Part shown: in pieces, positions 43,304-54,049 of the stretch
Layout of the letters: each line of letters starts with the position of its first letter
Numbering within the stretch: the first letter of the stretch is position 1
Position numbers and translations under genes: made by a program
Notes under the pieces: generated by a model
Told to the model about the DNA's origin: nothing
Seen by the model: only the letters and a program-made list of their open reading frames with translations
Databases searched by the model: none
From: an uncultured Candidatus Rokubacteria bacterium
GTDB taxonomy: Bacteria; Methylomirabilota; Methylomirabilia; Rokubacteriales; CSP1-6
Assembly: GCA_963789955.1 (NCBI GenBank)
Contig: CAWBMV010000006.1
Span: 416,001-480,000, forward strand
DNA length: 64,000 nt
Direction: 5' to 3'

Positions 43304-43873
43304 GTGAACTTGCCGATCGGCCTCACGCTGACTCGCATTGTCGCAGTGCCGCTGCTCATCGTGTTTTTGATCTCGTCGTCGCGCGTGCACGCGCTGATCG
43401 CCGCGGCGATCTTCATCCTCGCCGCCATCACCGACTGGGCGGACGGGATGCTCGCCCGACGACGCAACCAGGTGACGACGCTCGGGACCTTGCTCGATCC
43501 GATCGCCGACAAGCTTCTGGTCGCCGCCGCGCTGGTGTCGCTCCTCGCGATCGACAAGATCGACGCGTGGATCGTCGTGGTGATCGTCGGACGCGAGCTG
43601 GCGGTGACCGGTCTGCGGGCCGTGGCCGCGTCGGTCGGCGTCATCGTGCCGGCTTCTCGTCTGGCCAAGTGGAAGACGGTGAGCCAGTACATCGCGATCA
43701 CGATGTTGATCGTCGAGAAAGGGTTCGACCCGCCGGGATTCCGCGTCGCGGCGACCGCGTCCCTGTGGGCGGCGTTGGGGCTCACGATCATCTCCGCCGT
43801 CGACTACTTCTATCGCTTCTTCAGGAAGGCCGACTACCGCGCGATCGTGCCGGGCGAAGAACGCTGGTCGTGA
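43304..43873 (+). CDS. pgsA: CDP-diacylglycerol--glycerol-3-phosphate 3-phosphatidyltransferase
   Basis: TDWADG.LARR, LDPIADKLL, RELAVTGLR, AKWKT. Confidence 0.93.
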   Translation: MNLPIGLTLTRIVAVPLLIVFLISSSRVHALIAAAIFILAAITDWADGMLARRRNQVTTLGTLLDPIADKLLVAAALVSLLAIDKIDAWIVVVIVGRELAVTGLRAVAASVGVIVPASRLAKWKTVSQYIAITMLIVEKGFDPPGFRVAATASLWAALGLTIISAVDYFYRFFRKADYRAIVPGEERWS

Positions 43874-44481
43874 TCGCGATCCTGGCCATCGGCGCCGCTT
43901 ACCTGATCGGCGCGGTGCCCATCGGCTACCTCATCGGGCGCGCGTTCGGTGTCGCCGACATCCGGCGGCACGGCAGCGGGAACATCGGCGCCACGAACGT
44001 GCTGCGGACGGCCGGCCGCCTCCCGGCGATCCTCACCCTCGCCGGCGACATCGCCAAGGGCTACCTCGCCGTCGTGGCGGGCGCCGCGCTCGCCTCGAGC
44101 CCGTCGGGGCCCGACACCGGCGTGATGGCCGCCTCGGCGGTCGCCGCCGTCATCGGCAACTGCTGGTCGATCTTTCTCGGCTTCCGCGGCGGCAAGGGCG
44201 TGGCCACGGGACTCGGCGCGCTGCTCAAGATCGTGCCGCTCGCGGTGCTGCCGGCCGCGCTCGTGTGGCTCCTCGTGACGATCAGCTTCCGCTACGTGTC
44301 GCTCGGATCCGTCCTGGCCGCCTCGTGCGTGCCGCTCGGCGCGCTGCTTCTCGGCATGCCCGCGCCGTTCGTGATCGCCACGTTCGCCGTCGGCGCGATC
44401 ATCGTCGGACGTCACCACGCGAACATCTCGCGGCTCCTGGCCGGCCACGAGCCGAAGCTCGGCCACCGGCGGTCGGCGTGA
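43870..44481 (+). CDS. plsY: Glycerol-3-phosphate acyltransferase
   Basis: GSGNIGATNVLR, DIAKG, FRGGKGVAT, HHANISRL. Confidence 0.95.
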   Translation: MIAILAIGAAYLIGAVPIGYLIGRAFGVADIRRHGSGNIGATNVLRTAGRLPAILTLAGDIAKGYLAVVAGAALASSPSGPDTGVMAASAVAAVIGNCWSIFLGFRGGKGVATGLGALLKIVPLAVLPAALVWLLVTISFRYVSLGSVLAASCVPLGALLLGMPAPFVIATFAVGAIIVGRHHANISRLLAGHEPKLGHRRSA

Positions 44482-45467
44482 GCGTCGCGGTCATCGGCGG
44501 GGGCAGCTGGGGCACCGCGCTGGCGATCCACGTCGCGCGGGCGGGCTCGCCGGTGCGCCTCTGGGCGCGCGAGCGCGAGGTCGTCGACGGGATTCGCGCC
44601 CGGCGCCGGAGCCCATGGTATCTCGCCGACATCGACGTGCCGGCGGCGGTGGAGCCCACGACCGACGTGGAGGAAGCCCTCCGCGGCGCCACCCTGGCGG
44701 TCATCGTGGTGCCGTCCGAGTTCGTGGCGACGACGCTCAAGACGCTCCCGTCCATCCCGGCCGACGTGCCGATCCTGTCGGCGACGAAAGGCCTGGACCC
44801 CGAGCGGCACCTGCGCATGAGCGAGGTGATCGCCGAGCGTTTCCCCGACGCGCGCGTGGCCGTCCTCTCGGGCCCGACGTTCGCGCGCGAGGTGGCGCTG
44901 GCGCGCCCGACCGCCGCGGTGATCGCCACGCGCGACGACACCTTGGCGGCAGCACTCCAGCGGCGGCTCGGCACCCGCGAGTTCCGTCTCTACGCGAATC
45001 GCGACGTGATCGGCGTCGAGGTCGGCGGCGCGCTGAAGAACGTCATGGCCATCGCGACCGGGATCGCCGACGGCCTCGGGCTCGGCGAGAACGCGCGCGC
45101 CGCGCTCGTGACGCGCGGGCTCGCCGAGATGACGCGCCTGGCGGTCGCGCTGGGCGCGATCTCCGGGACCATGGCCGGGCTGGCCGGGCTCGGCGATCTC
45201 GTGCTCACCTGCACGGGAAGCCTGTCCCGCAATCGACAGCTCGGCATGGCGCTCGCGAAAGGCGGCACCGCCGCGGCGGTCGAGCGCGAAACGCGCATGA
45301 TCGCCGAGGGCGCGCGCACCGTCGTCTCCGCGCTGGCGCTGGCGCGCCGCTACTCGGTGAGCCTGCCCATCTGCCACGAGGTCGGCGCGGTCCTCTTCGA
45401 CGGCAAGCCGCCGGCGGACGCGCTGGTCTCGCTCCTCGAGCGGCCCCTGAAGCGGGAGGACCGCTAG
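44478..45467 (+). CDS. gpsA: NAD(P)H-dependent glycerol-3-phosphate dehydrogenase
   Basis: [41 protein letters not shown]. Confidence 0.95.
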   Translation: MSVAVIGGGSWGTALAIHVARAGSPVRLWAREREVVDGIRARRRSPWYLADIDVPAAVEPTTDVEEALRGATLAVIVVPSEFVATTLKTLPSIPADVPILSATKGLDPERHLRMSEVIAERFPDARVAVLSGPTFAREVALARPTAAVIATRDDTLAAALQRRLGTREFRLYANRDVIGVEVGGALKNVMAIATGIADGLGLGENARAALVTRGLAEMTRLAVALGAISGTMAGLAGLGDLVLTCTGSLSRNRQLGMALAKGGTAAAVERETRMIAEGARTVVSALALARRYSVSLPICHEVGAVLFDGKPPADALVSLLERPLKREDR

Positions 45468-45471
45468 CGCG

Positions 45472-46471
45472 ATGCCGGAGCTGCGCAAGGATCCGGTCGT
45501 CGGCCGCTGGGTCATCATCTCGACCGAACGCGCGCGGCGCCCATCCGACTTCGCCGCCGAGCCGGTGCGTCCGCGCCAGACCGACGTGCGCATTCTGCGA
45601 AGGCCACGAGCACCAGACGCCGCCGGAGATTCTCGCGGGCCGCCCGCCCGACGGTCGGCCGAACGGGCCGGGCTGGACCTATCGCGTCGTGCCGAACAAA
45701 TATCCGGCGCTCCGGATCGAGGGCGAGCTGGAGCCCGCGGGCGAAGGCCTCTTCGACCGGATGAACGGCGTCGGCGCGCACGAGGTCGTCATCGAGACGC
45801 CGCAGCACGGCGCGTCGCTCGCCGGGCTCTCGGTCGACGCGGTCGCCGACGTGCTCTTCGCGTTCCGCGAGCGCATGCTCGATCTGAAGAAGGATCCGCG
45901 GTTCGCCTACGTCCTCGTGTTCAAGAATCACGGCGAGGCCGCCGGCGCCTCGCTGGAGCATCCGCACTCGCAGCTCATCGCCACGCCGATCATCCCGATC
46001 ATGGTGTCCGAGGAGCTCGCGGGCTCGGCCCAGTACTACGACCTGAAGGAGCGCTGTGTCTGGTGTGACATGGTTCGCCAGGAGCGGCGGGGCAGGGGGC
46101 GGCTGATCGTCGAGTCCCAGGATTTCGCGGCGCTGGCGCCGTTCGCGCCGCGGTTTCCGTTCGAGACGTGGATACTCCCCACGCATCATCGGGCCGCGTT
46201 CGAAGAATCGACCGAAGAGGAGCTGCGCGGAGCGGCGGCGATCCTCGGCGAGGTGCTTCGCCGGATGGACCGCGTGCTCGGCGAGCCGGCGTTCAACTTC
46301 ATGCTGCACACGGCGCCGTTCCGCGAGGCGCAGCTGGAATCGTTTCACTGGCATCTCGAGGTGATTCCGAAGCTCACGCGGGTCGCCGGCTTCGAGTGGG
46401 GCAGCGGCTTCTTCATCAACCCGGTACCTCCCGAGGATGCGGCCGACGCTCTGCGGGCGGGCCCGGGCTGA
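45472..46471 (+). CDS. galT: Galactose-1-phosphate uridylyltransferase family protein (frameshift near 45585)
   Basis: [32 protein letters not shown]. Confidence 0.9.
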
Positions 46472-46496
46472 TCGTGATAACATCGGCGGCTGTGGC

Positions 46497-46571
<75 letters not shown>

Positions 46572-46605
46572 GTCTTTTTTCGCTTCGACCGGCTCCCATC
46601 ATCGG

Positions 46606-46681
46606 GGCGGCGTAGCCAAGTGGCTAAGGCGGAGGTCTGCAAAACCTCTACTCAGCGGTTCGAATCCGCTCGCCGCCTCCA
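46606..46681 (+). tRNA. tRNA-Cys(GCA)
   Basis: ggcggcgtagccaag...gaggt-ctGCAaa-acctc...ttcgaatc...cgccgcctCCA. Confidence 0.96.
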
Positions 46682-46729
46682 TGTCTCCGACGCGCTCACC
46701 AGCATCTTGAGGATTCGCGGAGAGTCTTC

Positions 46730-47101
46730 ATGGCCGAATTGATCAAGCGGGTCGGTCCGCCCAAGGCCACCGACCTCAAGGCTGATGAGTTCACGTGGTC
46801 CATCCAGCTCAGCGCCGCGCCGTCGCGCGAATGGTCGCGACTCTTCTCCGAGCCCGCCGAGTCGACGGTGCTCTGTCATCCGCGGCGGCTCGGCATGATG
46901 CATCAGGCGCTCGTCTTCAAATCCGACGAGGGCCACCTGCCGACCTGGGTCCAGTACATCGACAAGTGGATCGGCGGCGCGAACAAGGGCATGGAGGAGC
47001 AAGAAGAAGCCGAGCGCCAGCGCAAGGTGAAGGCGCTCGCCGAAGAGGAAGAGCGGCAGAAGCGCATCCGCGAGGTGAACGAGAAGGTCAAGAATCTCTG
47101 A
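46730..47101 (+). CDS. Hypothetical protein (123 aa, charged coiled-coil C-terminus)
   Basis: GGAG RBS; typical codon bias; globular-looking N-terminus plus E/K/R-rich helix. Confidence 0.75.
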   Translation: MAELIKRVGPPKATDLKADEFTWSIQLSAAPSREWSRLFSEPAESTVLCHPRRLGMMHQALVFKSDEGHLPTWVQYIDKWIGGANKGMEEQEEAERQRKVKALAEEEERQKRIREVNEKVKNL

Positions 47102-47116
47102 GCCCGTCGGTCGACC

Positions 47117-47203
47117 GGGGGCGTGGTGGAACTGGGATACACAGAAGACTTAAAATCTTCTGTCCGCAAGGACTTGCAGGTTCGAATCCTGCCGCCCCTA
47201 CCA
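47117..47203 (+). tRNA. tRNA-Leu(TAA)
   Basis: gggggcgtggtggaa...gaaga-ctTAAaa-tcttc, long variable arm gtccgcaaggac, ttcgaatc, cgcccctaCCA. Confidence 0.95.
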
Positions 47204-47832
47204 CCACCGATTCGGTCACCCGCGGACATCGACGTCGAGCAGCGAGCTCCTACAGCTATCTGTTCGGCGTCTACCTCGGCGACGGCTACATCAGCCGCAC
47301 CCCTCGGACATATCGCCTCGAAATCTCGCTCCATACGTCGGCCAGGAGCTCGCGATTGCACGTGTCGCGGGTGCCGTCAGCGCACTTCGGCCCGACCGGC
47401 CCGTCGGATTCCGGCGCCGCGGGGTTGTCACGGTCGTCAACGCGTACTGGAACACCTGGCCGCATACTGTTTCCGCAGCACGGTGCCGGACGAAAGCATC
47501 ATCGACCGATCGTCTTGACGCCCTGGCAGCGCCGTATCGTGGAGCAACATCCGGTCGAGTTCGTTCGGGGATGCATCGACTCGGACGGCTGCAGACACCG
47601 ACGCATCGTAGCTGGGCGAAGGACTATCCTGCTTGACTCATTCGATCGAGCGAATCATTCGCTCGACATCCTGGAGGTGTTCATCTGGGCCTGCGGCCTG
47701 ATCGGGCTGCGACCGCGGCGCGCCAATCGGGTCACCGTTTCGCTGGCGCGGCGCAGCGATGTCGCGACGCTCGACCATCTCTTCGGGTCAGCCGATGGGC
47801 TCGAGTCGCATCCAAGCCTAGCCCGCTCATAA
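47204..47832 (+). CDS. Double-motif LAGLIDADG-like (homing endonuclease fold) protein; start unclear, several indels (possibly a pseudogene)
   Basis: YLFGVYLGDG (47257-47286) and FVRGCIDSDG (47560-47589); NAYWNTWPH/LFPQHGAGRKHHRPIVL between them. Confidence 0.72.
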
Positions 47833-47853
47833 CACCGTGATATCCTTCGTTCT

Positions 47854-48660
47854 GTGCTGCCCCTCGTCATGAGCTCGCCTGGCGCGATCGCGTTCCAGGT
47901 CGGTCCGATCGTCATCCGCTGGTACGGCATCCTCATGGCCACCGCGATCGTCGTGGGGCTCTGGCTCGGCTATCGTCAGGCCAAGCGCGACGGTCTTCCG
48001 GCCGACGACATCATCAGCGCCGGGCAATGGGCGATCCTGGCGGGTCTCGCCGGCGCGCGGATCTACGAGGTCATCTTCAACTGGGACTACTACGGCCGCT
48101 ATCCGTCGAAGATCATCGCGGTGTGGGAAGGCGGCCTCGCCATGCACGGCGGCCTCATCGTCGGGCCGCTCGTCGGTGCGTACCTCGCGTACAAGTGGCG
48201 GCTGCCCATCTTGAAGGGGCTCGACATCGCGGCGCCGTCGATGGTGCTCGGGCAGGCCATCGGTCGCTGGGGAAACTTCTTCAACGAGGAAGCGTTCGGG
48301 CGGCCGACCGATCTGCCGTGGAAGCTCTACATCTCGCCCGAGCATCGCCCGCTCGGATATGCCCAGTTCGAGTACTTCCATCCGACGTTCCTGTACGAGT
48401 CGCTGTGGGACTTGGCGGTCTTCCTCCTGCTCGTGGGAGTGCTGCGCTCGAGGCTCAAGACGCGCCCGGGTGCCCTGTTCTTCGCCTACGTCGGTCTCTA
48501 TTCGATCGGGCGGTTCGCGATCGAGGCCCTCAGGCTGGACAGCTTCTGGCTCGGCTCGGTCCGCGTCCCGCAGCTCGCGAGCCTCGTCGGCGTGCTCGTC
48601 GCGCTCGCGGGCATGGCCTGGGCGAACCGCCGCGCCAGCGCATCGCCCGCCACCACCTGA
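47854..48660 (+). CDS. lgt: Prolipoprotein diacylglyceryl transferase
   Basis: IRWYG, WEGGLAMHGG, GRWGNFFNEE, HPTFLYE. Confidence 0.96.
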   Translation: MLPLVMSSPGAIAFQVGPIVIRWYGILMATAIVVGLWLGYRQAKRDGLPADDIISAGQWAILAGLAGARIYEVIFNWDYYGRYPSKIIAVWEGGLAMHGGLIVGPLVGAYLAYKWRLPILKGLDIAAPSMVLGQAIGRWGNFFNEEAFGRPTDLPWKLYISPEHRPLGYAQFEYFHPTFLYESLWDLAVFLLLVGVLRSRLKTRPGALFFAYVGLYSIGRFAIEALRLDSFWLGSVRVPQLASLVGVLVALAGMAWANRRASASPATT

Positions 48661-48740
48661 GCGCGACGTCGGCGCTGCAGGCCGTCGCGGGGCTGGGGCC
48701 CCGTCGGCCGAGGCGCGATTCTAAGTCAGGAGAGGCTGCT

Positions 48741-50141
48741 GTGCGCCTCGAGCGAGTGGGGTCGTATCTCTGGCGGATTCCTCAGGACGCAAGCCGCGGG
48801 ATGCGCGTCCCCGGTCTCGTCATCGCCGACGATCAGCTGATCGAGTCGATTCGCTCCGACGCCTCGCTCGACCAGATCGCCAACGGCGCGACCTTACCCG
48901 GCATCGTGAGGGCCGCGATGGCCATGCCCGACATCCATCAGGGCTACGGCCTGCCGGTGGGCGGCGTGGTCGCGACCGATGCGCGGCACGGCGTCGTGAG
49001 CCCGGGCGCCATCGGCTTCGACATCAACTGCGGCGTGCGCCTCCTCGCGACCTCGCTCCGATCGGACGCGATCGCCGACCGGATGGAAACGCTCGTCGAC
49101 GCGCTGTTCGCAGCGATCCCGACCGGGGTCGGCTCGCGAGGCGAGCTGGCGCTCGATCCCAAGTCGCTCGATCAGGTCCTCGAGCGCGGCGCCGCCTGGG
49201 CCGTTCGCGCCGGCTACGGCGACTCAGAGGATCTCGAGCGGATCGAGTCCAGTGGCGGCCTCGAAGGCGCCGCGCCGGATCACGTCTCACCGCACGCGCG
49301 CGAGCGGGGCCGGCGTCAGCTCGGCACCTTGGGCTCCGGGAATCACTTTCTCGAGGTGCAAACCGTCGAGGTGGTGTACGACGAGCGGGCGGCGAGCACG
49401 CTCGGCGTCAGCGAGGGCCAGCTGATGGTCATGATCCACACCGGCTCTCGCGGGCTCGGTCATCAGGTGTGCACCGACTACCTCGACACCACCGGCAAGG
49501 CGCTGCGCCGCTACGGGATCAGCGTACCCGACCGCCAGCTGGCGTGCGCGCCGGTCGACTCCGACGAGGCCCAGGCCTACCTCGGCGCGATGCGCGCGGC
49601 GGCCAACTTCGCGTTCGCCAATCGTCAGGTCCTCACGCACTGGACACGTCAGGTCTTCGAGCGGAGCCTCCACATGGCGCCGCGCGAGCTCGGCCTGCGA
49701 GTCGTCTACGACGTCGCCCACAACATCGCCAAGGAAGAGGAGCACGAGGTCGACGGCGTCCGGCGACGCCTCATCGTCCATCGCAAGGGCGCGACGCGCG
49801 CGTTTCCGGGCCAGCCGGTGCTGGTCCCGGGCGACATGGGACGTTACTCCTATCTGCTGATCGGGACCGAGCGCGCGATGCGCGAGACGTTCGGGAGCAC
49901 CTGCCACGGCGCAGGGCGGAGGCTCAGCCGCACCGCAGCGGTGAAGGCCGCGCGTGGCCGCAGAATCGGCGACGAGCTGCGCCAGCGCGGCGTGCTGGCG
50001 CGCGCCACCGGCCGCGACGCGCTCGCCGAGGAGATGCCCGAGGCGTACAAGGACGTTCAGGACGTCGTCGACGTCGTGCATCGATTCGGCATCTCGACGC
50101 GCGTCGCTCGACTCAAACCTTTGGCGGTCATCAAAGGATGA
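48741..50141 (+). CDS. rtcB: RtcB family RNA 2',3'-cyclic phosphate/5'-OH ligase
   Basis: MPDIHQGYG, GFDINCGVR, GTLGSGNHFLE, HTGSRG, HNIAK, HRKGATR, CHGAGR, EEMPEAYK. Confidence 0.95.
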   Translation: MRLERVGSYLWRIPQDASRGMRVPGLVIADDQLIESIRSDASLDQIANGATLPGIVRAAMAMPDIHQGYGLPVGGVVATDARHGVVSPGAIGFDINCGVRLLATSLRSDAIADRMETLVDALFAAIPTGVGSRGELALDPKSLDQVLERGAAWAVRAGYGDSEDLERIESSGGLEGAAPDHVSPHARERGRRQLGTLGSGNHFLEVQTVEVVYDERAASTLGVSEGQLMVMIHTGSRGLGHQVCTDYLDTTGKALRRYGISVPDRQLACAPVDSDEAQAYLGAMRAAANFAFANRQVLTHWTRQVFERSLHMAPRELGLRVVYDVAHNIAKEEEHEVDGVRRRLIVHRKGATRAFPGQPVLVPGDMGRYSYLLIGTERAMRETFGSTCHGAGRRLSRTAAVKAARGRRIGDELRQRGVLARATGRDALAEEMPEAYKDVQDVVDVVHRFGISTRVARLKPLAVIKG

Positions 50142-50168
50142 CCGCGCGCCGCGTGGTACACTAGCGCG

Positions 50169-51872
50169 ATGTCCTGGTCATTAAAGAAGAAATCACAAGC
50201 TCTGCTCGCCGAAGAGCAGGGAACCGTGATCAAGGATTGGGGCGGCAAGATCTCCGTCGCCCTCGTCTATCCCAACACCTACGCGGTCGGGATGTCGAAT
50301 CTCGGCTTCCAGACCATCTACCGCCACCTGAACGCGATGCCCGACGTCGTCTGCGAGCGCGTGTTCATGCCCGAGCCGGCCGATCTGGACGAGATGCGCC
50401 GAGCAGAGACGCAGCCGTTCTCGCTCGAGTCGCTCCGGCCGCTGACCGACTTCCATCTCGTCGGCTTTTCGGTGACCTACGAGGGCGACTACGTCAACGT
50501 GCTGCGGCTGCTCGCGATGGCGGGCATCCCGGTGCGGGCGGCCGCGCGACGGCCGCACGATCCGCTGGTGCTGATGGGCGGCGTCTGCGCCTTCTCGAAT
50601 CCGGAGCCGATCGCGCCGTTCATGGACTTCGTGGCGGTCGGCGAAGGCGAGGAGCTGGTCGTCGAGATGATCGCCGCCTATCGCGCCGGCTACCGCGACC
50701 GCGCCGGCCTCCTCGCCTCGCTCGCGGTGATCGACGGCGTCTACGTGCCCGAGCGATACGACATCGCCTACGCCGATGACGGCGCGATCGTCGACGTCGC
50801 CGCGCGGGACGGCGCGCCCGCGATCGTCGCCAAGCGGCGGCTGCGCAACGTCAACGCGTTCGAGACGGTGGCCGCGGTGAAGACCTCGCAGGCCGAGTAC
50901 GGCCACATGGCGCTGCTCGAGGTGGGCAAGGGCTGCGGGCGCGGCTGCCGCTTCTGTCTCGAGGGCCAGGTCTATCGGCCCGTCCGACATCGATCCGTCG
51001 ACGCCCTGCGCGAGACCGTCGAGCGCATGGCGGCCGCCGGTGAGCGGCGCATCGGCCTCGTGGGCGCGTGCGTGTCGGACTATCCATGGCTCGCCGATCT
51101 GCTCAAGGTCGTCGAGGACAACGGCATGGAGCTCTCGATCTCCTCGCTCCGCGCCGACAGCCTCAGCGAAGGCCTCGTGGCGGCGCTCGCGCGGGGCGGA
51201 CATCGGACGTTGACCATGGCGCCCGAGGCGGGGACCGAGCGCCTGCGGCGCGTCATCCGGAAATCGATCAGCGACGACCAGCTGATGACCGCGTGCGACC
51301 TTGTCCGGGCTCACGGCATCCCAAATCTGAAGACCTATTTCATGATCGGCCAGCCGACCGAGACCATCGAGGACGTCGAGGCGATCCCGGATCTGGCCGG
51401 ACGGATGCTCGAGCGACTGCGCGTGCTCGACCCGACCGGACGGCCGTTCGGACGGCTCACCCTGTCGGTGTCGTCGTTCGTGCCGAAGCCCTGGACGCCG
51501 TTCCAGTGGGCGCCCTTCGACGGCGCCGAATCGCTCCAGGCCAAGCTCGAGATCATCAAGCGCGGTGTGCGTCGCTTCTCCAACGTGCGCGTGCTGCACG
51601 AGAACCCTCGTGAGGCGGCACTGCAGGCGCTCCTCGCGCGCGGCGACCGGCGCGTCGGCGACTTCCTCGAGCTGGCCGCCGCCCACGAAGGCGACTGGCG
51701 TCGGGCGCTGCGCGAGTGGGACGGTGACGCCGAGTTCTACACCACACGCCGCCGCGCCCTCGACGAGCGGCTGCCGTGGGACCATTTCGACGTGGGCGTC
51801 AAGAAGGCCGGTCTGCTGCGCGAGTGGGAACGGGCCGCCGCCGAGGACTCCGCCGTGGCCGGAGCGCGCTGA
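50169..51872 (+). CDS. Radical SAM protein with B12-binding-like N-terminal domain
   Basis: [46 protein letters not shown]. Confidence 0.88.
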   Translation: MSWSLKKKSQALLAEEQGTVIKDWGGKISVALVYPNTYAVGMSNLGFQTIYRHLNAMPDVVCERVFMPEPADLDEMRRAETQPFSLESLRPLTDFHLVGFSVTYEGDYVNVLRLLAMAGIPVRAAARRPHDPLVLMGGVCAFSNPEPIAPFMDFVAVGEGEELVVEMIAAYRAGYRDRAGLLASLAVIDGVYVPERYDIAYADDGAIVDVAARDGAPAIVAKRRLRNVNAFETVAAVKTSQAEYGHMALLEVGKGCGRGCRFCLEGQVYRPVRHRSVDALRETVERMAAAGERRIGLVGACVSDYPWLADLLKVVEDNGMELSISSLRADSLSEGLVAALARGGHRTLTMAPEAGTERLRRVIRKSISDDQLMTACDLVRAHGIPNLKTYFMIGQPTETIEDVEAIPDLAGRMLERLRVLDPTGRPFGRLTLSVSSFVPKPWTPFQWAPFDGAESLQAKLEIIKRGVRRFSNVRVLHENPREAALQALLARGDRRVGDFLELAAAHEGDWRRALREWDGDAEFYTTRRRALDERLPWDHFDVGVKKAGLLREWERAAAEDSAVAGAR

Positions 51873-52894
51873 TGGCCATCCGAGACGTCTACCAGCGGCC
51901 GCTGCGCAATCTCAGGATCTCGGTGACCGACCGCTGCAACCTGCGCTGCAGCTACTGCATGCCCGAAGAGGACTACGTGTGGCTGCCGCGCGAGCAGATC
52001 CTCAACTTCGAGGAGATGAGCACGCTCGTCGACGTCTTCATGGACCTCGGCGTCGACAAGATCCGCCTCACCGGCGGCGAGCCGCTCCTGCGGCGCGATC
52101 TGCCGCAGCTGATCCGGCTGCTGGCGGACAAGCCGAAGCTTCGCGACCTGGCGCTGACGACCAACGGCGTCCTGCTCGCCGAGCAAGCGCCCGCGCTGCA
52201 CGCGGCCGGGCTCCATCGCGTGACCGTGAGCCTCGACACCCTTCGGCCCGAACGGTTCACCGCGCTGACACGGAGGGCGAATCACGGGCAGGTGCTGGAG
52301 GGCATCGCCGCGCTCGCGCCGGCCGGCTTCACCGGGACGAAGCTCGACACGGTCGTCATGCGAAATATCAACGACGACGAGCTGGTCGAGCTGATCGAAT
52401 ACGGCCGGACGGTGCCGGCCGAGGTGCGTTTCATCGAGTACATGGACGTCGGCGGCGCGACCCGCTGGACGATGGACAAGGTCGTGAGCCGTTCCGAGAT
52501 GCTGAAGACCCTGGAGCGGCGATATGGGCGGATCGAGCCGGTGGTCGAGGAGAGTACCGCGCCGGCCGATCGATACCGTCTCGCCGACGGCGCGGTCTTC
52601 GGGATCATCTCGTCCACGACCGAGCCGTTCTGCGCGAGCTGCGACCGCAGCCGGCTCACGGCCGACGGTGTCTTCTACCTGTGCCTCTACGCCCAGCAGG
52701 GCGTCGACCTCCGGGGGCCGCTCCGCCGCGGGGCGTCGCGTGACGAGCTCAGCGCGCTGATCACCGGCGCCTGGAGCCGGCGCGCGGACCGCGGCGCCGA
52801 GGAACGGCTGAGGCTGCGGGACCGCACACCGCTCGTGCAGATCGGTCGTCTGCGCGAGGACCCGCACCTGGAGATGCACACGCGGGGCGGGTAA
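51872..52894 (+). CDS. moaA: GTP 3',8-cyclase
   Basis: [36 protein letters not shown]-terminal GG. Confidence 0.95.
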   Translation: MAIRDVYQRPLRNLRISVTDRCNLRCSYCMPEEDYVWLPREQILNFEEMSTLVDVFMDLGVDKIRLTGGEPLLRRDLPQLIRLLADKPKLRDLALTTNGVLLAEQAPALHAAGLHRVTVSLDTLRPERFTALTRRANHGQVLEGIAALAPAGFTGTKLDTVVMRNINDDELVELIEYGRTVPAEVRFIEYMDVGGATRWTMDKVVSRSEMLKTLERRYGRIEPVVEESTAPADRYRLADGAVFGIISSTTEPFCASCDRSRLTADGVFYLCLYAQQGVDLRGPLRRGASRDELSALITGAWSRRADRGAEERLRLRDRTPLVQIGRLREDPHLEMHTRGG

Positions 52895-52960
52895 GCCCGT
52901 AGCGCGCGCCGCGGGCCATCGGAGCCGCGGGCGCCGCCCGTGAATGGGGAGGACTGACGC

Positions 52961-53674
52961 GTGAGCGCCTCTGACACGACCAAGATCGACGTCCAGGAGC
53001 ACGGCGCCGACCGGCAGACATCCGATCGACGGCTCTACATGCAGCTCTCGGCGTTCGGCAGCTGTCTCGACGCCAAGCCGCTGCAGCGCGCGCTCGAGTC
53101 GAGCCGGCTCGAGGCGGTGCTGTACCAGGACCTCAACGATCCGCGCGGCGTCGCCGTGGTCTCGATGAGCGAAGATCCGACCTTCTTCGTCACGGCGCTC
53201 CGTGAGGTCTTCAACGCCGAGCCCTTCGCCGGGCTCTCGCAGAAGCCCGAGCTCACGATGTTCGGACGGACGTACGCTTCCGGCTTCGAGACGGATCTCG
53301 AGGACTGGCTGCTGCGCCGGCCGCGCCGGGCCGCGCTCAATCCGGCGTGGCCGTGGGGAATCTGGTACCCGCTCCGGCGCACCGGATCGTTCAGCAAGCT
53401 GACGCCTCAGGAGCAAGGCACGATCATCCGCGAGCACAGCGTGCTCGGCCGCGCCTATGGCGATGCCGATCTCGCTCACGACGTGCGGCTGGCCTGCCAC
53501 GGCCTCGACGTCCACGACAACGACTTCGTCATCGGCCTCGTGGGGCGCCAGCTCCACCCGCTCTCGCACCTCGTGCAGGCCATGCGAAAGACCACGCAGA
53601 CCTCGCAATATCTCCAGACGCTCGGCCCCTTCTTCGTGGGCCACGCGCTCTGGCAGAGCCCGTACGCGGGATAG
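52961..53674 (+). CDS. Chlorite dismutase / coproheme decarboxylase (Cld/ChdC) family heme protein
   Basis: WYPLRR, IREHSVLGRAY, GLD..DNDFV, MRKT..TSQY, GPFFVG. Confidence 0.8.
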   Translation: MSASDTTKIDVQEHGADRQTSDRRLYMQLSAFGSCLDAKPLQRALESSRLEAVLYQDLNDPRGVAVVSMSEDPTFFVTALREVFNAEPFAGLSQKPELTMFGRTYASGFETDLEDWLLRRPRRAALNPAWPWGIWYPLRRTGSFSKLTPQEQGTIIREHSVLGRAYGDADLAHDVRLACHGLDVHDNDFVIGLVGRQLHPLSHLVQAMRKTTQTSQYLQTLGPFFVGHALWQSPYAG

Positions 53675-53737
53675 CGCTCGCTCGCGCCGACGCCGCGGCT
53701 TGACGCCGGGCGGAAGGCCGGGCTAGAGGAGGACGTG

Positions 53738-54043
53738 ATGGCTCAGGCGACCCTGCCGCCGTGGATCCAGGCGTTGCAGCAGCGAGACCCCGAATTCGTC
53801 AGCTCGTACATGGCCCAGCGCGAGCGGATCCTGCGCGACGGCGCCATTCCGGCGAAGTACAAGATCCTCATGACCATGATCGTCGACGCGCTGTTGTCCC
53901 ACCCCGACGGCGTGGCGAACATCGCCGGTCGCGCTCGCGCCGCCGGCGCGTCGGACGCGGAAATCCAGGAAACGGTCGAGGTGGCGTACCTCTTCGGCGG
54001 CACGCCGGCCCTGGTCACGGCGATGAACGCCTTTCGCAGCTGA
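53738..54043 (+). CDS. Carboxymuconolactone decarboxylase (CMD/AhpD-like) family protein
   Basis: GAIPAKYKIL, ARAAGASDAEIQETV; GAGGAGG RBS. Confidence 0.85.
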   Translation: MAQATLPPWIQALQQRDPEFVSSYMAQRERILRDGAIPAKYKILMTMIVDALLSHPDGVANIAGRARAAGASDAEIQETVEVAYLFGGTPALVTAMNAFRS

Positions 54044-54049
54044 CGGAGA

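Noticed and set aside
46795..47203. N-terminal half of the 345-aa ORF 46795..47832
   Set aside because: It overlaps the better-supported 123-aa gene out of frame and runs through tRNA-Leu; only the part after the tRNA looks like protein
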